Origin: Deltaproteobacteria bacterium
GTDB taxonomy: Bacteria; Desulfobacterota; Binatia; Binatales; Binataceae
Assembly: GCA_021817345.1 (NCBI GenBank)
Contig: JAKAVC010000138.1
Location: 17,776 to 81,775 of the forward strand
Length of the DNA stretch: 64,000 nt
Direction of reading: 5' to 3'
The position numbers and the translations under genes were made by a program. Within the stretch, counting starts at the first letter, position 1. The number at the start of each line of letters is the position of its first letter. The notes under the pieces were generated by a model. That model did no database searches and had not been told where the DNA came from. It saw nothing but the letters and a program-made list of their open reading frames with translations. Shown piece by piece: positions 59,169 to 64,000 of the stretch.

Positions 59169-59720
59169 ATGGAGTTACAGTTGGTCAATGAGGGACGACG
59201 CGCCGGCTACGCCGCGCGCCGTCTGGCCGAGTTTGCCGAGCGATGCCGGAGGGGCGGGCTTGCGGTCACGCCGCAGCGGCTCGCGATCATCAGGGCGCTG
59301 CTCGCCTCGGCGGAGCATCCCCGCGCCGATGCGATCTACGAAACGGTTCGCCGCGAGCATCCCCATATCTCGCTCGCCACAGTCCATCGGACCCTGGAGA
59401 CGTTGTGCGAGATCGGCGAGGCGCGCAAGGTGACGATGCTCCATGACAGCGCCCGCTACGACGGCAACGTCGTGCCGCATCATCACGTGATTTGCGTCAG
59501 ATGCCGGCGGATTCGCGACGTCGAGATTCCCGAGTTGAACGATCTGCTGAGCGCGCGCCGCGAGATCGGCGATTTCAAGGTGCTGGGCAGCTCGCTCGAG
59601 ATCCACGCGCTCTGTCCCGATTGCGCGGGCAAGGGCCGCGCGCGCCGGGCGAAGCACGGGCGAGGTTCGTCCCCGCGGACCGGCTGTAAGGATTCGGTTC
59701 AGGACACGCGAGGAGGCTGA
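59169..59720 (+). CDS. perR: Fur-family peroxide regulator (PerR-like)
   Basis: [34 protein letters not shown]; heads the rubrerythrin operon. Confidence 0.85.
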   Translation: MELQLVNEGRRAGYAARRLAEFAERCRRGGLAVTPQRLAIIRALLASAEHPRADAIYETVRREHPHISLATVHRTLETLCEIGEARKVTMLHDSARYDGNVVPHHHVICVRCRRIRDVEIPELNDLLSARREIGDFKVLGSSLEIHALCPDCAGKGRARRAKHGRGSSPRTGCKDSVQDTRGG

Positions 59721-59722
59721 CA

Positions 59723-60142
59723 ATGAAAAGTTTGAAAGGAACCAAGACCCATCAGAACCTGAAGAACGCCTTTGCGGGCGAGAGCCAGGCCAACCGCCGC
59801 TACCTCTATTTCGCGAAGATCGCGGACGTCGAGGGCCAGCCCGAAATCGCGGGTCTGTTCCGCGACACCGCCGAAGGTGAGACCGGTCACGCCCACGGGC
59901 ATCTCGACTATCTCAAGACGGTCGGCGACCCGGTGACCGATCAGCCGATCGGCGACAGCCTGCTTAACCTCAAGTCGGCGGTGCATGGCGAGACCTACGA
60001 GTACACCGACATGTATCCCGGGATGGCGAAGACCGCGCGGGAGGAAGGTTTCCCCGAGATCGCCGACTGGTTCGAAACCCTGGCCAAGGCCGAGAAGTCG
60101 CACGCGGGACGTTTCGCCAAGGCCGCAGAGTCGTTGCAGTAA
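59723..60142 (+). CDS. rbr: Short (rubredoxin-less, aerobic-type) rubrerythrin
   Basis: [41 protein letters not shown]. Confidence 0.93.
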   Translation: MKSLKGTKTHQNLKNAFAGESQANRRYLYFAKIADVEGQPEIAGLFRDTAEGETGHAHGHLDYLKTVGDPVTDQPIGDSLLNLKSAVHGETYEYTDMYPGMAKTAREEGFPEIADWFETLAKAEKSHAGRFAKAAESLQ

Positions 60143-60163
60143 GCCCCGGCGACGGACATCATT

Positions 60164-60192
60164 GGGCCGGCTGGAGGATTTCCGGCCGGCCC
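60164..60192 (+). terminator. Intra-operon hairpin after rbr
   Basis: GGGCCGGCTGGA...TCCGGCCGGCCC followed by TTGGATTTTGATTT. Confidence 0.55.
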
Positions 60193-60299
60193 TTGGATTT
60201 TGATTTGAGCCGAAGCGCGCGTGCTCGCCGGCAGCCTGTCTGTCCGCGCGACGCCTGCGAAGCGGCTCCGCCCGCCGCATTCGTGGAGATGCACGTTCC

Positions 60300-61643
60300 A
60301 TGAGCCGTATAGAATCGCGCCCGACCGACGGCCTTTCCTACAACACGACCGAGGCGAAGTACTGGGACCGCGCGGGCCTCGAGAAGGAAATCGAGCGTGT
60401 GTTCGACATCTGCCACGGATGCCGGCTGTGCTTTAACATGTGCCCGTCGTTCCCCGAGCTGTTCGGCGCCGTCGATCGCAACGACGGCGACGTGCGCAAG
60501 CTCACCCAGGCGGAAAGGGACAGGGTCATCGAGCTTTGCTACGGATGCAAGCTGTGCGAGGTGCGATGCCCGTACACGCCGCGCGACGGGCATGAGTTCC
60601 AGCTCGATTTCCCGCGCCTGATGGCGCGCGCCAAGGCGGTGAAGGCCAGGGAGTCGGGCGTACCGCTTCGCGAGCGGCTGCTCGGAAATCCCGACCTGCT
60701 CGGACGGCTCGGCTCACTCGCGCCCGGGCTTGCCAACATGGGCTCGCACAATCGGCTCCAGCGCATCGTGATGGAGAAGACGATCGGGATCCATCGCGAC
60801 AAGAAGCTTCCCGATTTCGCCGCCGAGACGTTCACCAACTGGGTCGCGCGGGTCGGCCTGCCCAAGGCGCCGGAGGATCCCGCGGCAAGGGCGATACTGT
60901 TCCCGACTTGTTTCGTGAATTTCTACAACACCGGTCCCGGACGCGCGGCGGTCAGCGTGCTGGCGAAAAACCGATGCGCGATTGCGTGCCCGAAGCAGAA
61001 CTGCTGCGGGATGCCCGCGCTTGACGGCGGCAACGTGGAGTTCGCGCGCGAACAGGCGCGGGCGAACGTCGCCTCGATGCTGCCGATGGTGCGCGAAGGT
61101 TACAAGATCGCGGTGCTCAATCCCACCTGCTCGCTGACGATGCGCCTTGAATACCCGACGCTGCTCTCCGGCGACGAGGTCAAGGAGTTTTCCGCGGCGG
61201 TTATGGACACCCATGAGCTGCTCTGGACCCTCAAACGCGACGGCAAGTTCAATCGCGATTTCCGGAGCACGCCGGGGCGGGTCGCGTACCACGTGCCGTG
61301 CCATCTGAAGGCCCAGCAAATAGGCTTTCGCTCGCGCGACCTGATGCGCATCATTCCCGGCGCCGAGATAGTCACGGTCGACGCGTGCAGCGCGCACGAC
61401 GGCACCTGGGCGATGAAAAAGGAATTCTTCGAGCTCTCCATGAAATGCGGCGCAAAGGCCTTCGACGGGATGCGCAACGCCGAGGCCAAAGTGATGGCGA
61501 CCGATTGCCCGCTTTCGGCAATCCAGATCGAGCAGGCCACCGGCACCCATCCGCTTCATCCGATCGAAGTTCTGGCCCGCGCCTATGAGGATGGCGGCTT
61601 TCCCGACAAAGTGCCCGAGCCGCCGAAACAGGAGGGCCAATAG
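60300..61643 (+). CDS. Rubrerythrin-associated Fe-S oxidoreductase (GlpC/HdrB-like CCG domains)
   Basis: [18 protein letters not shown]...CPY, CCGMP, YHVPCH, TDCP. Confidence 0.9.
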   Translation: MSRIESRPTDGLSYNTTEAKYWDRAGLEKEIERVFDICHGCRLCFNMCPSFPELFGAVDRNDGDVRKLTQAERDRVIELCYGCKLCEVRCPYTPRDGHEFQLDFPRLMARAKAVKARESGVPLRERLLGNPDLLGRLGSLAPGLANMGSHNRLQRIVMEKTIGIHRDKKLPDFAAETFTNWVARVGLPKAPEDPAARAILFPTCFVNFYNTGPGRAAVSVLAKNRCAIACPKQNCCGMPALDGGNVEFAREQARANVASMLPMVREGYKIAVLNPTCSLTMRLEYPTLLSGDEVKEFSAAVMDTHELLWTLKRDGKFNRDFRSTPGRVAYHVPCHLKAQQIGFRSRDLMRIIPGAEIVTVDACSAHDGTWAMKKEFFELSMKCGAKAFDGMRNAEAKVMATDCPLSAIQIEQATGTHPLHPIEVLARAYEDGGFPDKVPEPPKQEGQ

Positions 61644-61718
61644 GCCCCGCGCCGCGCGCATGTTCTCGCTCGTCCGCGGATGGCCCGAACTGCCGCATGG
61701 CACCTCACGGTTTGAATT

Positions 61719-62306
61719 ATGAAACCTCTCAGCAAAGAAGAAATCCTTTCCTTCGAGGATTGGGAACGGGTGCGCCCGCGCCTTCGTCCGCTTTTCATCC
61801 ACGCGAGAAGCCGGCGCAGGCTCGCGGTCGGCGCGCATCTGACGCTGCTGTTCGAGAACGGACAGACCATCTGGTACCAGATCGAGGAAATGTTGCGCGC
61901 CGAGAAAATCGCCGCGCCCGAAGCGATGCAGCACGAGATCGACACGTACAACGAGCTGCTCCCGTCAGCGGGCGGGCTCGCGGCCACGATGCTGATCGAG
62001 TTTGGCGATGCGAGGGAACGAGACGCGGCGCTTCGCCGCCTGGTCGGACTGGAAAATCATGTGTGGCTCCGCCTCGGTGACCGCAAGATTGCGGCGAAAT
62101 TCGACACGCGGCAAATGTCGGCCGAGCGGATAAGCTCGGTCCAGTTTATCCACTTTGATTTATCGATCGGCGCCGACGCGTTCGAGGAGCTTGCCGCGGC
62201 GGGCAAGGCCGCGATCGAGATCGACCATCCCAATCTCGCCGTGAGCGCCGCGCTCTCGGGCGCGCTCGCGCAGGCACTGGCCGAAGATCTCACGAGCGAA
62301 TATTAG
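61719..62306 (+). CDS. DUF3501 family protein
   Basis: RRLAVG..LTLLFEN, YQIEEMLRAE, YNELLP, ATMLIE, SSVQF, IDHP. Confidence 0.88.
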   Translation: MKPLSKEEILSFEDWERVRPRLRPLFIHARSRRRLAVGAHLTLLFENGQTIWYQIEEMLRAEKIAAPEAMQHEIDTYNELLPSAGGLAATMLIEFGDARERDAALRRLVGLENHVWLRLGDRKIAAKFDTRQMSAERISSVQFIHFDLSIGADAFEELAAAGKAAIEIDHPNLAVSAALSGALAQALAEDLTSEY

Positions 62307-62318
62307 CGCCATGAAAGA

Positions 62319-62340
62319 TCGGCCCGGCGTTTCGGGCCGA
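62319..62340. terminator. Hairpin after DUF3501
   Basis: TCGGCCCG-N6-CGGGCCGA; no U tract. Confidence 0.35.
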
Positions 62341-62495
62341 GCCGTTCAGCGCCTCGCTTGAATCCGCGTCGCGACGGGCTTCCGCGCAGGTGCGCGCTTC
62401 GGCGGGCCACGGGTGGCTCGTCTCCATGCCCAGGTTTGCCCGTGGGAGGTGCCCGCCCTGCCGTCGTTCCCGCACGCGCTTCGTCCGCTCAACCG

Positions 62496-62591
62496 TTAAG
62501 GAAAAGCCTAAAGTTGCTTAAGTAAAAACCTGCCTTATGCGCTAAGCAAAAATTACAATGCTTGACATGGTGTCCGTGCGGATGCTATTCC
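62496..62591 (+). promoter_or_regulatory. Sigma70-like promoter preceded by three phased direct repeats
   Basis: TAAGnAAAA at 62497, 62519 and 62543; TTGACA at 62562. Confidence 0.5.
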
Positions 62592-62703
62592 GCCGCGGTG
62601 ACAGCGCTCGGGGGTACGGCGCACGCACAATCGTCATAGCGGGGGAGGCCGGGTTTGGGGTTCCTGGCCAACCACGGAAGTTCCATCTGGCTTGGGGGAG
62701 TCT

Positions 62704-64000
62704 ATGGCTAACAGAGCTAAGGGAACGATTCGCGGTTTGTGGAGGAGTCTCCTGATAGTCGCCGTGGCGGGGACGGCGATGATCTGGTCGTCGGCCGCGA
62801 TGGCAACGATCACCCAGGGTGACTTTTCTGTCTTCGGCTTCTTTCAGTCGCGGGAGTCGGGCCGATGGGGCGAGTCGAGCACGAAAGACAACGGCGTTCC
62901 CTCCAAATCACTTACGATCGCTCCTCCCGGAAGCATTCCGAGCCAAGTTGTAATCAGTCCCGGAGTCGCGGCGAGTAACGGCGGAGGAGGCAGCTTTGCC
63001 TTCACCCGATGGGATCTCGTTCAGGCCCGCCAGATCGGTGACATCCGCCCCGATTATCACTTCGTCAAAAACTACAAATTCTTCGGCCGGTTCGACACTC
63101 TGATACTGAAGGACGCGGACTTCTTCGCTTTCTACCGCCCATGGTACGACGCCTTTGGCTCGATAAAGGGCATGGGGGTAGTACCGCCCAACCTCGGTTG
63201 GTATCCATACTCACAGAACACGCTGCAACAGGAGTATTTCCAGAACAATCTGCACGAGTATTACGCGCAGTTGAACTTCACTGACAATTTCTCGATGCGC
63301 GTGGGCAAGCAGGAGGTCATCTGGACCGAGGCGGACGCGCTATCCGGCACCGAAATCACCAATAGCGTCGACTTCATGTATCACTGGGACAATTTCGAGA
63401 CGCCGGAATACCTGCGCGAAAACCTCAACATGATCAAGTTCAACTATATCCTCCCCGACTTCCTGAAGACCGCGAACAACGAGGCGGAATTCTTCTGGAT
63501 ACCGGGCGATTGGTATGGTGATGGAGTGATCGTAAATACTACCGACCCGCGCAGCCCATGGATCTTCCCCGGAGCGCTGGGTCCCGGGCCGTCGTACAAC
63601 ATGTTCGGCCAGCCGGTCGGTTCCGGAACGTTCGCCTCCGAACCCTGGCATCCGCTCGCTCTGGTCGGCACAGTCAACGGCAGCGCCCCGGTGAGCTTGT
63701 TCAACCCTGGAGTGTTCTTTCAACAGAACGTTCTTGAGGTGACCCCGTATCCGAGCAACTCGATCCAGAACAGCGAGTTCGGATTCCGCTATTCGTCGCT
63801 GCTTCCCATCGGAAACGGCCTCCAGGCGAGCTTCATTTTCCTGTACGAGGACCGTCTCTCGACCCCGGGCCTGTGCACCACCTGCGGGCCACAGTACGGC
63901 AATATTCCGGCGTTCACCAACCCGGAGGGGGTAATATTGCCGCATCAGAAATTCACCCGAGTGTATCCCGGAGTCTATTTCGGACCGGGTATATTCGACT
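62704..64000 (+). CDS. DUF1302-like outer-membrane protein (partial)
   Basis: Manually translated: GGGAG RBS, MANRAKG...SSAAMA signal peptide, LHEYYAQL..., RVGKQEVIWTEAD; appears open to the window end. Confidence 0.75.
   Translation, partial: MANRAKGTIRGLWRSLLIVAVAGTAMIWSSAAMATITQGDFSVFGFFQSRESGRWGESSTKDNGVPSKSLTIAPPGSIPSQVVISPGVAASNGGGGSFAFTRWDLVQARQIGDIRPDYHFVKNYKFFGRFDTLILKDADFFAFYRPWYDAFGSIKGMGVVPPNLGWYPYSQNTLQQEYFQNNLHEYYAQLNFTDNFSMRVGKQEVIWTEADALSGTEITNSVDFMYHWDNFETPEYLRENLNMIKFNYILPDFLKTANNEAEFFWIPGDWYGDGVIVNTTDPRSPWIFPGALGPGPSYNMFGQPVGSGTFASEPWHPLALVGTVNGSAPVSLFNPGVFFQQNVLEVTPYPSNSIQNSEFGFRYSSLLPIGNGLQASFIFLYEDRLSTPGLCTTCGPQYGNIPAFTNPEGVILPHQKFTRVYPGVYFGPGIFD

Overview
High-GC bacterial chromosomal window. 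Small-protein and outer-membrane families suggest a soil or acid-habitat lineage such as Candidatus Binatota, but this is inference only. Left to right it holds: (i) nitronate monooxygenase, O-methyltransferase and enoyl-CoA hydratase; (ii) a stress block with a P3A-type H+-exporting P-type ATPase, Fur/PerR divergent from katG (with a ~180 bp MITE-like element between them) and arsM divergent from arsR; (iii) a fused EtfB-EtfA, a BtuFCD-like ABC importer, assorted hydrolases and MFS transporters; (iv) a porin and a sigma54 response regulator-histidine kinase-lipoprotein module; (v) a ~17.5 kb minus-strand Wzx/Wzy polysaccharide operon with a predicted sigma54 promoter; (vi) TolC-MFP-RND-DUF2892 efflux, a mini dual-specificity phosphatase and thiD; (vii) PerR-rubrerythrin-FeS oxidoreductase-DUF3501 and a partial DUF1302-like gene. 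The best novelty candidate is the polysaccharide operon. Its polymerase is fused through an internal signal-peptide-like linker to a lysozyme-fold domain. It also encodes a BY pseudokinase, an ExeA-LysM ATPase, a short UDP-sugar dehydrogenase and an internally deleted GNAT. No rRNA, tRNA, CRISPR array or autonomous transposase was recognised. All calls are from motif reading, without database searches.
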